A stretch of DNA of 64,000 nucleotides from NCBI RefSeq assembly GCF_963676685.1, contig NC_092354.1, forward strand, positions 28,396,001 through 28,460,000, given 5' to 3'. Position numbers and translations under genes: made by a program. Source of the stretch: Mytilus edulis (taxonomy: Eukaryota). Shown here piece after piece: positions 1 to 12,969 of this stretch; positions within the stretch are counted from its first letter, which is position 1, and each line of letters starts with the position of its first letter. The notes under the pieces were generated by a model that saw only the letters and a program-made list of their open reading frames with translations, did no database searches and had not been told where the DNA came from.

Positions 1-604
1 TATGGCGTTGCCGTAAACCTTAGCCAGAAAATATGGTTGGTTTACACTCTTCGCCCAAATCTGTTCCACTTTATTCTTAGCTGAAAATATAAATGCATTC
101 CAGATTATCTAAAATATAATAATATTTTTTTTCAAAGCCATAGGTATTGTTATTCTATTAGCAAATTTATCTATCATTATCAATATTATACACAGCAATA
201 ACACTTAATATGATTGATCTTTTCATGATTAAGGCACTTTGTTTTTATATCTTAATTGTGTTACATTATGACAATTCAGAACTTTTTAGCTTACTTTATT
301 CATTGCTGAAAAGTCATATTTCAACACATAATTGCTTATATCTACATCATTTGGTCTTTGGTTGAAAGTGTTTTCATTGGCAATCATTTTTTTTATATTT
401 AGATTAAACTGTTGGTTTGTCCCCTTGAATGGTTTTTAACTAGTATTTTTTAGGCCCTTTATAGCTTGCTGTTTGGTGAACCAAGGCTCCATGTTGAAGC
501 CATACATTGATCAATAATAGTTTTTTCTTTTACAAAGCATGACTTGGATAGAGAGTTATCTCATTGGCATTAATACCACATATTCTTATATCTATCAACA
601 TATG

Positions 605-2460
605 TTTAGCTCACCTAGCCTAAAAGGCCATGTGAGCTTTTCTCATCACTTGGCGTCCGTCGTCGTTAACAATTTTTCAAACATCTTCTCCTCTGAAACT
701 ACTGAAAGGATTTGGATGAAACTTAGCATGATTGTTCCTTCGAGTATCCTGCACAAAGTGTGTGCTTCGATTTTTGATCCGTCAAAAACATGGCCGCTGT
801 TACTTTAAATAGAACATAAGGGTCAAATGCAGTTTTTGGCTTATATCTCAAAAACCAAAGCATTTAGAGCAAAACTGACATAGGGTAAAATGTTCATTAG
901 CTCAAGATCTATCAGCCCTGAAATTTGCAGATGAATCAAACAAACCATTGTTGGGTTGCTGCCACTTAATTGGTAATTTTAAGGAAATTTTGCAGTTTTT
1001 GGTCATTATCTTGAATATTATTATAGATAAAGATAAACTGTAAACAGCAAAAATGATCAGCAAAGTAAGATCTACAAATAAGTTAATATGACCAAAATTG
1101 TCAATTGACCCCTTGAGGGGTTATTGTCCTTTAATAACAATTTTTCACAATTTGTTCATCATACTTGCTAACTTTAAAAAATCTTCTCCTCTGAAACTAC
1201 TGAATGGATTTGGATGAAACTTAGCATGATTGTTCCTTAGATTATCCTGCACAAAGTGTGTGCTTTGATTTTTGATCCGTCAAAAAACATGGCCGCCGTT
1301 ACTTAAAATATAACATAGGGGTCAAATGTAGTTTTTGGCTTATATCTCAAAAACCAAAGCAATTAGAGCAAATCTGACATGGGGTAAAAATGTTCATTAG
1401 GTCAATATCTATTAGCCCTGAAATTTTCAGATGAATCAAACAAACCATTGTTGGGTTGCTGCCACTTAATTGGTAATTTTAAGGAAATTTTGCAGTTTTT
1501 GGTCATTATCTTGAATATTATTATAGATAAAGATAAACTGTAAACAGCAAAAATGATCAGCAAAGTAAGATCTACAAATAAGTTAATATGACCAAAATTG
1601 TCAATTGACCCCTTAAGGGGTTATTGTCCTTAAATGACAATTTTTCACAATTTGTTCATCATATTTGCTAACTTTAAAAAATCTTCTCCTCTGAAACTAC
1701 TGAATGGATTTGGATGAAACTTCGCATGATTGTTCCTTCGAGTATCCTGCACAAAGTGTGTGCTTCGATTTTTGATCCGTCAAAAAACATGGCCGCCGTT
1801 ACTTAAAATATAACATAGGGGTCAAATGTAGTTTTTGGCTTATATCTCAAAAACCAAAGCATTTAGAGCAAATCTGACATGGGGTAAAAATGTTCATTAG
1901 GTCAATATCTATTAGCCCTGAAATTTTCAGATGAATCAAACAAACCATTGTTGGGTTGCTGTCACTTAATTGGTAATTTCAAGGAAATATTGCAGTTTTT
2001 GGTCATTATCTTGAATATTATTATAGATAAAGATAAACTGTAAACAGCAAAAATGATCAGCTAAGTAAGATCTACAAATAAGTTAATATGACCAAAATTG
2101 TCAATTGACCCCTTAAGTGGTTATTGTCCTTTAATGACAATTTTTCAAAATTTGTTCATCATGTTGACTTACTTTAAAAAATCTTCTCCTCTGAAACTGC
2201 TGTATCAATTTCAGCCAAACTTAGGCTAAATGAGTTTCAGAGTATCTAGTATAAATTTTATATTTCATTTCCTTGTATGTCAAGAAACATAGCTCCTATG
2301 GCTAAATAGAACATAGGAGAAAATGATTTTTTTTTGCTTTTGAAGAAAATAGGACGATTCAAAGAACATTTAAATAAATTGAAAAGCCAAAATAATCATT
2401 GATGAGAGATTAAACTAAAAAAATCAGGTGAGCGATTCAGGCTCTTGAGAGCCTCTTGTT
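605..2460 (+). mobile_element. Non-autonomous Helentron/HINE (DINE/pearl-like) element with internal ~500-bp tandem repeats
   Basis: T-run then subTIR AGCTCACCT (608-616), which also forms a 5' stem with GTGAGCT. Short CGTC-type microsatellite follows. Repeat units start TCTTCTCCTCTGAAACT at 684, 1182, 1682 and 2182. Inverted subTIR AGGTGAGC at 2426, 3' hairpin AGGCTC-TTGA-GAGCCT (2439-2454), then TTGTT. Confidence 0.85.
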
Positions 2461-5400
2461 ATATTCTATTTTCTTTTTTACATAGCCAAATTATTGATAA
2501 CTCCTTTGAATCTCAAAATTCAATTAGTTTTAGTATATGTATGAACTTAAATGTTAACAATGTTATGATAATGAAGTAATATTCAAAGGATAATAAAATA
2601 TAAAAGATCAACCGCTGCATTTAAGAAGGAGGAATTTTCATGGTGAAAGAAGCAAACCTTTTTGCACATCAATCTCTGTTTCTGTTAGCATGGTTAGGTC
2701 AGTTGAGTCTGAAGGAACAAGAAAATAATAAGATAAATATAAATTATTTTGCAATCTAAAAGTGAAATATTCGTCTTTAATTATGTACATATTTTTTTTA
2801 ATAAGGGGAGATAATTTGGCTGTCTTATCATATTTACTGTAAAAACACTGCAATTACATGTACACTAAGCAATGAACAAATAACATTGAAAATTCATGGA
2901 ATTGCAGAATATGATTTGAATATATGAAAACAGATAAAGATCTCTACTGATACTTCATTGAGGAGAATAACTTTTGTGTTATTTGGTAAGAATTAGAATA
3001 TAAGGTTATTAGCTTTCAATCTTGTTCTTAAAGTATTTATCACTCTACAACTTTGTTAAATAATAAATCCATTCTATATCCAGATATCTATCATTCCAAT
3101 TTGTTTACAAAATCAAAATTTCAGATGCTTTGTTGTATTTACAGATAAATTCTCTAAGAAAATCAAGACACACAGGCAGAGCAGCACTCTCATACAATTT
3201 CTATTGTGCAAAAAGTAATGTGGTCTTTGAAACATTAAGCATTTGATATATGACATTTATCTAAGAAATTGTGATTTCATTTCATCAATTGTGGGAAGCT
3301 CATTGTTTGTTCTTTGTTTAAGGACATTTAAAAATTTTAAACACTCACCTTCTAATGTTACATTTGATGATCCAACTTGATCTGTAAAATGTATTCATGC
3401 TATTATTTCTGTTACATTACCAACAATTTTGATTATCCTTGTTCATATCAATAGTAAATCACAACTACAACAACACATATTATTATACTTCACGTTAAAA
3501 TGCCATATTTTGATTGGCTAAGACAAGGGTGTCAATTTACTCTATCACATGGCTGAGCGGGTGACAATTTTTTTTAATGTTTCCCTCTCGTCTAGACCTA
3601 TCAGAAATCGACAACACTGTCTATATGTAGTGTCTGTAGTTAAATACTGTCTGTTTGTACTGCTGTGGTTATTAGTCTTTCAGATCATAGGTATAAAAAA
3701 AAAATTGACTGATCCAGAAACCATTCTCTTGACATATATATGATGAGGCAGTTTCATATACATCCATGTGGTGTTCATTATATATATATACATGAATAAA
3801 ACTTTTTTTCATGGACATTTAGTACAACAATGATAAGCCATTTACTAGACCAAAGCATTTTTACTGGTCTTTTAGAACTTTTGGAATCACTGGAAATTAT
3901 AAACAAAAACAAAATTTTAATGCATACTTTGATCACTTGCTGATATAGGTAGGCCTGTTCTGCTACTTACAACAATGTGCTTATCAGTGCTCCCTTTTCC
4001 CTTTGATTTCTTGCAAGCATTAAACATTTCTTCTAAAATGTCTCTTTTTTCTCATTTATATTTGTTTTCTGAAATAATAAAAAAAAAAAAGATTTGATAG
4101 ACTGGTGTACAGAAATTGGAATAAAACAAATTATTCAAATATGTAATTAAAAGGCTCTTTGAATAGACCTATCATAGCCAATAATATTTGTTTTGATAAA
4201 GTCCTCATAATTTTATGTAAAGACATTACAAATAATTGTAATAGACCACTAACACAAGTCATTTTTAACAAAGACAAATTACAAATTTAAATTTGTATGT
4301 CCATGTTGTCACTGGAGGGGCAATTAAGGATTTCAGATCCAATCGTATATGGTAATATTCTTTACAAAGCATAAAAATGTCAGTATTCGCCTCAAAAGCA
4401 AACTAAACCTTTAACCAGACTTATTATTCGTGTTGTTTATTCTTTAGTTTTCTATGTTGTGTTATGTGTACTATTGTATTTTTGTTTGTCTTTTTCATTT
4501 TTAGCCTTGGCGTTGTCAGTTTTTTTTTTAGATTTATGAGTTTGACTGTCCCTTTGGTATCTTTCGTCCCTCTTTTTAGGGACTCTGCGATTTTTTAAAA
4601 GTGAAATACATATACAAAAAGCATGTATTTGAAATATAAAGATGGTAGAAATATAATATAATAATCCACACATGAAGTCACGTCAGAAAAAAAACATCTA
4701 ACTATACCTAAACCTAACTAACTTTCAGGTATAGAGGTTTCTCAGAAAAGTGCCTGTGACCATCCACCAGAACTTGTGGTGCTCTCATGTTCAGTTCTTT
4801 GTTAATTTCTATATATGCAAGTGTATTGACAACATAAAACTATGTAATTGATATTTTCAAGTTTGTTAACAATGCACCTTAGGAAAAGAAATTTGCACTT
4901 ATTTTCTATTTCATTTTTTTACGAAGTTTTTATCTATCAAAATAAATCTAATACTAGATGATGTATACCTTCTCTTATTGTTGGGATATATAGAGCCTTT
5001 CTGTTGTTGGGATATATAGAGCCTTTCTGTAAGCTGTTTCTGTAAATTTTTCAATGGAGTCACGTGTTATGACATCCATCAACCTTAGAGATCCTTCAAT
5101 ATTTTAAACATATGTCCTGTTCAATTCAGTGTTCAATAAATGAAATATGATTTGACCATTAAATAAACAGTTGTATAAAATTGTATACATTACATGTTAT
5201 ATCTGTTTTCAAATTTCAATAACAATTTTAAATAACACTTTAACATTCATCATATATCAAAGTACACTTAGACTTTTTTTAAATGAAAGAACAGTTGTAT
5301 TTTTCACCCAAATGAGGACAAATATTTCTGTTTTTTACATGACACCAAATGACAAAGAAACGCAGTAATGGTTTCGGTTCTAAAGGAAATAAATCAAATT

Positions 5401-6534
5401 CATGTACATGCAATAAAAAAAAATTTGCCACTGAAAACTGAAAAGTAAGAACTACTAAAATTGTGGAAATTGAACTTATTATTCAGTCACCGGATACAAC
5501 AGATAGAAATTTTAAAAAGAAAATCTTCTGAATAGGCCACCCAGGCTGTACATCAAATGTTTTTTCTTCAACAGGTATTTCTACAAAAAATGCATGAAAA
5601 AAATGAATATAACATCATCTTTCCATATTTATAAATAGCTCATTTACCTTTACAAATCACTTGCTGCCTACTTTTCTTACTCTTTGGAAGGTAAACCACC
5701 AACAAAGAGGGATCTCCATCCTCCACCCAATTCTGCACTTTCAAAAATATTTCAACACATTCTTTAAAACACCATTTTTTCAGATGATTTGTTTAAAACA
5801 TTGACATGATTAATGAAGCAGCAATTTCAAAAGCATTCATCTATGAATTTGTGTAGCTGACACTTAAGTTCTTCCATTACCACATTCCGTTATTACTGTA
5901 TATAATAAAATGCATTGAACATGGACAATTGAAATAAAAGTATAAAATATAGAGTTTTTAAAATCTATGTATATAATAACAGGCTTGGGTATACAATAAT
6001 GTCATAAAAACCTATGAAATGAAATAAGCAATTGGTAGTTTACATTTAAGAATTAAGGCTGTCATTCCGTAAATTATAAATAAAAGAGCATCAAGATGAT
6101 CATACAATGGATTATAACATAAGAAGTGATACCTTTTCTACTCTAATCAGCCATTCCAGTACATTTCTGACAGCTGGGGATGGATGGGGAGATTTTTTTT
6201 ATACGAACCAGAAAAAAAATCATGAAAAACTACCTATCAGATGTAGTTTCATTTACCTTGAAAACTTTACTGCTGCAAAACTCTTTTTGCCTACGTGTCA
6301 GATGATTTTTGTACACACCTCACAAGGAAATCCATCCCCTTTATATGTCTACACGCTACACGTTGTTGGGTTTAATTTCAATTGGATATTTTATAATTAT
6401 AGTAAAGTATATTTTTTGATAATTAAGTCCTTGATTTTTTTTATTGGTTTAATCAATACATATTTTATCATGAAAAAAGCTAGTACATACAGTCGTCTAC
6501 CGAGGTCCATATGTAAGTTTGCCCTCTCCAACTG

Positions 6535-7166
6535 TTTTTGTCTCGCCTAGACGGAGTCAAAGAGAGAGACATAGGTATGCTGTTTCCGGCGTCGGCGACG
6601 GCGTCAACAATGTATTAGTTTGTGATTAGCTCAGTTTTATGGGGAACCACTAGTGGTATGTCAATGATAATTGGTATGCAGATGTTTTACCATTGCCATG
6701 AAGATTATTTGGCTCCGCCCCCTCAGTCATGGTCTATTGACTTTGAATAGTTTGCTTACTTTACATGTATTACCATTGCCACATCTCATTGCCATGGAGA
6801 TTTTTTGGCTCCGCACCCTCAGTCATGGTCTATTGACGTTGAATGGTTTGCTTACTTTACATGTATTACTTTGTGATTAGGTCAGTTTATGGAGATCCAC
6901 TTGTGGTACATCAGTGATAATTGGTATGCGGATGTATTAGCATTGTCACATCTCATTGCCATGGAGATTATTTGGCTCCGCCCCCTCAGTCATGGTCTAT
7001 TGACTTTGATTGGTTTGCTTACATTACATGTATTAGTTTGTGATTAGGTCAATTTTTGGGGATCCACTTGTGGTAGGTCAAGGATATTTGGTTTGCAATT
7101 TTATTAGCATTAATTGGCACAATTCATTGCCAAAATTACAAAAAGGCGAGACATCTCTCTGTGATA
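6535..7166 (+). mobile_element. Helentron/HINE-type non-autonomous element
   Basis: T-run plus subTIR TGTCTCGCCT (6539-6548) and inverted AGGCGAGACA (7144-7153). CGGCGT microsatellite and three internal repeats containing TTGGCTCCGC-CCCTCAGTCATGGTCTATTGAC. Confidence 0.75.
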
Positions 7167-7480
7167 ATAGTTATCAAAGGTACCAGGATTATAATTTAGT
7201 ACGCCAGACGCCAAACAAGTATAAAGTTGAAGAGCATTGAGGATCCAAAATTCCAAAAAGTTGTGCCAAATACTGCTAAGGTAATCTATACCTGGGATAA
7301 GAAAATCCTTAGTTTTTCGAAAATTCAAAGTTTTGTAAACGGAAAATTTAAAATATGACCACATTATTGATATTCATGACTGGGCTGGTGATACCCTCGG
7401 GGACGAAACGTCCACCGGCAGTGGTATCGACCCAGTGGTGTAAATAGTTATCAAAGTTACCAGGATTATAATTGAGTACG
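7167..7480 (-). repeat. Retrozyme-family repeat copy with the main hammerhead deleted
   Basis: Reverse-complement match to the 38.9-40.1 kb unit. ACGCCAGACG is joined directly to CCAAACAAG at ~7210, so the CTGATGA/GAAA core is missing. Confidence 0.8.
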
Positions 7481-7653
7481 TCTACAGTTTATTAACTGAC
7501 GTTTCTGAGATCTTTTACCAGGTCAATATTGTAGCCTTCCAACTCTTCTGTTGTTTCAAGTTCCTGAAAAATTATATGAACTGCAGTGGCTGGCTATATA
7601 TAGCTAGGAGATTAATATTGATGAGCTCGAGTAGGAAATTAGCTTGTTTTTTA

Positions 7654-8440
7654 GGGGACGACCATTTGATATTCTTGGGGGGGGGGGGGGGGGGGGGGGG
7701 GACAGGAGGATTTTGAAAATAACTAACCTAGCCTTGATAATCACTAAAATAAATGGTTTGTTCTTCGGTAGTCTGAAAATAAATTACCTGACTTTCAATG
7801 TATTCAAAATAAATAACTCAACAGGTATATAGCTTCTTGGGCCTTCAGCGGTTCAAAAACCCTTCAAAAATTGTTTTGTCTCGATCCGCTCGGCCAATTA
7901 TGTTTGACAAATCTTTTGAAAGAGGCTAGGTAAAACCAACTTTTAATAGTACTATGTATGTATACAATACATGTACATATGTATATTGGTTGGGAATATA
8001 TATTATTGGTTCATTTCGTGAAGAAAAGTATAAACTACTTAATCTAATTATACCAATTGTCTTTTATAATATACTATGTATTTGTGTTTCGTTTGTCCTC
8101 TTTACACAAGAATGTGTCTGAGGTTATGAATAAAATCTTGAATCTTAAAATTTCTGCAGGGGATAATGCTTAGTTCTGATAAAATGGTACACAATAACTT
8201 GACTACACATGTATTATTCATAATTAACAAATATTTTAAAAATTGTATGTTTTCGAATATCATAAATATAGTTGTGAAAATGAATAATCAGTCCCTGGCT
8301 TTAATGAAAATGAAAAATCTTGCTTCGATAGTGCAGAAAATGAATAATCTGTCCTCTCAGTTTACAAAAATAAATAACCGATCAAAAACAAATCCTCAAC
8401 CCTCCCACCCACCACACCAAAATATCAAATGGTCGTCCCC
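7654..8440. mobile_element. Tourist-like (PIF/Harbinger-type) MITE
   Basis: TIR GGGGACGACCATTTGATATT with inverted copy AATATCAAATGGTCGTCCCC. TTA on both flanks (7651-7653, 8441-8443). Subterminal AAAATRAAT repeats; non-coding. Confidence 0.85.
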
Positions 8441-9738
8441 TTATCTGTAGTTTTAACTTTTTCATACGACCGCAAAAATGGAAAATTTGAAAATACGGAT
8501 CTGTACTTCAAGTGAATATGCTGGGTCAAAAGGATAGCTGGCTGTGGAGTATGTGTATCTGGATAATAGTATAGTGCAAAATTATATGAATGTATTTAGT
8601 TTTGTACTTCCTGTGTGTGATGTGGTATATAGTGATATACTACATGTACCATATTTGCAATTTCGTAGGAATCTTAAGTGGTTAATATATTTTCCAAGTA
8701 TCCTTGTTTGAATTGCAGAACATAGAAGATTCGTTTATTCAATCAGTGCATACATGTAATAAAAGCATTTTGGTGATGAGCTGAATTAAACTAATGCAGC
8801 CTAATGACGTGAATAGTAAAGATAATGATCGTTTGTTAAAAAGTGAAGAAACGTTTTTATTGCTTGTTTTAAAATGACCTGTTTCTTTCAGACATATGTT
8901 TGTGGTGGTAGGTACTTTGATAATAAACATACAAATAAAATAAATTAAACATTACACTGTTTTCTATTTCTACATCGTCAATTGAGAACGTATGATCTAG
9001 TATTGTGTCATATTTCTCTTTTTGATTGGTTAATATACATGTACTACTCTTATCAACACAAATACAATATACTGTATGTCGGAAAGATGAGCAATTTTAT
9101 TTTCGATATCATCCTTCAAACACATATAATCCTATATTTTATCGTATACTTTTTTTTACCTTGTTTTTACATAATAAATAAGTCACGAAAAAACATAAAA
9201 ATAATAAAATCGTATGATTATGTGGAACTAAAAAGTCGATTCATGAAGTGCTTGTGATTGACGGAACACTAAGCATATGACAAGAGGAGGAAATAGGATG
9301 TTGCTATAGAGCTTCCTACACCAGGATTGATTGATTGTTAGTTGCTTAACGCTCAGTGGGAAATATTTCATGCGTATTCATTGATTGATTGATGGTTGCT
9401 TATCGTCCAGTGGCAAATATTTCATGCATATTCAGGGCGAGAACAAGTTCACAATAAATACTATAGGTAGGTCTTGTCATATTATAGGCCATAAGGGATG
9501 ATGGTCTTGGAAAATTTCTATTTTCAAATTTGGTCAAAACATTATCATTTTTTACTGCACCGCAAGTGAAAACACTTACGTGTCACAGATATAAAAGTAT
9601 CTTAAGATCGATGTAGGATAAAAAATTTAAATCAAATAGTTTGGGAGTGGGGGGGGGGGGGGGGGGTTAAAATTCTGCAAGTTTTGTATATCTAAAATCG
9701 ATTTTTACATATATCCCTATAGGTAAATAAATTTTTTT

Positions 9739-10125
9739 GGCGTAAAAAATTATAATCCTGGTACTTTCTTTTGATAACTATTTCCACCACTGGGTCGATG
9801 CCACTGCTGGTGGACGTTTCGTCCCCGAGGGTATCACAAGCCCAGTAGTCAGCACTTCGGTGCTGACATGAATATCAATTATATGGTCATTTTTATAAAT
9901 TTTCTGTTTATAAAACTTTGAATTTTTCAAAAAACTAAGGATTTTCTTACCCCAGGAGAAGATTACATTAGCCGTATTTGGCAAAACTTTTTGGAATTTT
10001 GGGTCCTCAATGCTCTTCAACCTTGTATGTATTTGGCTTTTTTAACTATTTTGATCTGAGCGTCACTGATGAGTCTTATGTAGACGAAACGCGCGTCTGG
10101 CGTATAAAATTATAATCCTGGTACT
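9739..10125 (+). repeat. Retrozyme-family monomer copy
   Basis: About one unit of the ~356-bp family, with terminal redundancy (ATTATAATCCTGGTACT at both ends). Confidence 0.85.
10060..10103 (+). ncRNA. Type I hammerhead ribozyme
   Basis: GCGTCA-CTGATGA-GTCT(TATGT)AGAC-GAAA-CGCGC-GTC-TGGCGT: conserved core, stem II, palindromic stem III, GUC cleavage triplet, stem I. Confidence 0.85.
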
Positions 10126-10503
10126 ATTTCCCAAATTAAGTTAAGAAAAGTGGGGGTGGTCAGTGAAAAAACTATGTGAATTAAGTTTTTTATCCTACAT
10201 TGAACTTTTGATATCGTCCCTTAGTAAAAACTATTTTATTTTTATAGTTAAGAGGACTGCATTATTTTTGGCATCATTCCCAATCCATTTTGAGTATTAA
10301 AACTATTTACATTGTTTTAAAATATCAAAATCATTCTTTCTTTTCTAATGCTGTATACACTCTATGTTTACACATATAGAAATCACATACAAAGTTTTAT
10401 TCTATTAGAGGCTGTAAACTACTTTTATATTTAATGCATTTGATTTTTGTAAATTCCAGTAAAACATAATTTGCCTTCTTCATTTGTGTTTTTTTTTTTA
10501 TAG

Positions 10504-12969
10504 TTAAACTGAACAGAACAGATGAATATGTTCTCAGTCTTCAAAGATATTACAGTATTGGGTAGGTCAAAAATAAGCAGTACATTTCAAGGCCACCTAA
10601 TGTACCTAAATCAGACCATTATTTTTCTAAATTGCATATTAGTTTACATTTATCCTGCAATCAGTCAACTATTGTACAAATAACAGATACACAAAGAAAG
10701 TTTTGCTTTATTTGTACTTATGCAACAGGAAACCCACAAAAAACTGATCTAAGGACATTCAGATCCTGCTCCACATGTGGCACTCTTACAAAATGGATGT
10801 TACTCATTTTAGTACTAACCCAGAGTTAAATCTAATTTGTTTGGTAATGAACTTTCAAAGATAAAAGAAAAGAACAGCATCAGTATTACAACAATATCAT
10901 TAAAAATCAGATTGAAAATATAGAATATTGACCAAGCATTATGATTGACAGATTATTCCAATTGTACATTCCATTTCCTTTTATAGTGATTCCATTGTTT
11001 GATCAAAGTGTTTATAAATGTTCATATATATTTATTTTTAATAATGTCAGTCTTCAATTTCAGAAATGAACAATTAGATGACAAGTTCAAGGAAGAAAAG
11101 GAAAGGTGATTACGAAACTTTAAGAAATTGTCATAATCTCTTTTTTGTCAGCATGCCTTTTTTACAACCTGGAATGATGCATATTAAGAGCATTTATCTA
11201 TAGTATCATTTTAAATTTAAAACAGAAGTGAAAGTTACATTCTGATCTATGTCATTCTTTAAAAAAAAGTTTAAGAGATATGAAATTAGTTAACATGATG
11301 TTCTAAAATTAATTGTGACCTTATCTAAATACCTTATGTATGTTTTAACATGTATGAACATTGGAATACACACATATTACACTGGGAAAGCTACACTTTT
11401 GTGCAAATATTCTGAATTGTATACACCTATTGTCTACAGTTTTTACCCAGTATAAAGTACATACATGAAAAATAAGGCTTGTTTTTCTGAGTGTTACTAC
11501 TGACTTGTGATCTCATGAGCAGAGTTTAACCTTGAAATATCATGAAAGGACTGTTTATTATGTTATTAAAATAACTAAACATTTTGATGAATAATTTTTT
11601 TTATTTAAATATCTTTACAGACTAGAGAAAACCTTATCAGCATTTGAAAAAAAAGAACAAGACCTCTAGATTACATCAAACTGATGAAAACTTCAACAAG
11701 GATCTAAAGATTGTGAAAGAAAAACAAAAGAAATTTCAACTTGTAACCCTTAAAAAACATGTTTCAGAGAGGCACTATTTACTATGCTTATTGCGCAAAT
11801 ATTCAAGTAAGCAAAATTTTATCAGCCTTAGAACGAAGGGAAGGGAATTCAAAACTTCTTTTATGTGAGCATGCTCAACCCTGTGATGCTTTTTCATTTA
11901 TCTACAAATAATGTCCATGTATGAAATTTAAGTTTTATTTTTCTGTAAATCTACAGATCAGATCAACCAGAAATTTTTATTTTGCAGACTTTTCCTGTAT
12001 TATAGCACTTTTTATTTCATACTTGCCTTTGAGCTAACATATTTTTTTTGGAAAACGACAATTTAGGAAAATTGATATAACATTTTTCTCAATACAAAGA
12101 ATTAAAACACATCATAACGTCCTTGAATTTAGTATCAACAATAATGTTACCAGGTATTTATTGTGTGATTGATTCTTTTAAAATCCATTGGTCTTCAACT
12201 TCCATCTAAAATTAATGCATATACTGACAATGGCATTTTTTTAAAATTTAACATTGTTTCTTGTTGACATCAAATTCCTCTATAAAAGACGTGTTAGCAC
12301 TATATACTTATCTCATATATAAAACACCAGTAATATTGTACATTTTATTCATATTTCAGAAGGACAGGCTGTTTTCATCAAACTTTCAAAACAGTTAAAG
12401 TGTATTTCAAAGAAAATTCACAAATCCATTGCAGCTTACAACCTGATTGGGGATTCATCTGATGGTTTGCCAGAGGCGATTAAATTTGATACTGTCAAGG
12501 ACGTGGAAAGTGACATCTATAACTGCATGGTAGATTTAGAGGTTGTATCAGAGATACCAAACACGATTAAACAGGAAATCTTCAACTGAAATGCCTGATT
12601 GATCGAGCCATTGAAGAGCAAACATTGCTCAAGCGAGAAATGAGGTCTGTCACTAGTTGGTACAAACACCAGTACCAACTAGTGAAAGTAAAACTAGGGG
12701 AACATCTAACTGCAGGAGAAACTGCATTCTTAATAAAAGAAGGAATGTATTATGAGATGGGTTTAATAAGATTAAACAGTCAGTTTTCAGAGTACATTGG
12801 GGAACTGCCTGTTGAATCTCAGTTGACTGACCACATATTAAATGATAACTATGACAGGATGCAACAGATGTTGAAAGAAATGGCTGTAAAGGAGGAGATT
12901 GCAGTTGAGGACATTGAATGTGATGATGAGGGAGAAATTAGTGATGAAGAAGACTTGGAGGACCTTTGA
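10504..12969 (+). pseudogene. Decayed spliced gene, probably the C-terminal part of a KDZ (Kyakuja-Dileera-Zisupton)-type transposase
   Basis: Phase-compatible AG/GT exons at ~10504-10561, 11063-11104, 11621-11806 and 12360-12969. They give ...ERHYLLCLLRKYS|KGQAVFIKLSKQLKCISKKIHKSIAAYN...IPNTIKQEI...DRAIEEQTLLKREM... and an acidic tail. Frameshifts at the A-run ~11647 and at ~12580. Family call rests on remembered motif similarity only. Confidence 0.5.

Noticed and set aside
4967-5030. Short tandem duplications (also 15863-15948, 52624-52690, 56082-56155)
   Set aside because: Ordinary two-copy slippage duplications with no further structure.
2600-7600. Functional minus-strand host gene from exon-like pieces (~3350-3382, 3960-4070, 5510-5580, 5650-5900, 7490-7565)
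   Set aside because: The pieces contain in-frame stops and could not be joined into a consistent, recognisable model.
7654-8440. Deletion derivative of the 42.4-53.3 kb Harbinger
   Set aside because: Different TIR sequence and TSD (TTA versus ATT), so it belongs to another family.
9778-10020. Recurrent MKSIEDPKFQKV ORFs (also at 39361 and 56389) as a gene family
   Set aside because: They are translations of the non-coding retrozyme repeat, with non-ATG starts.
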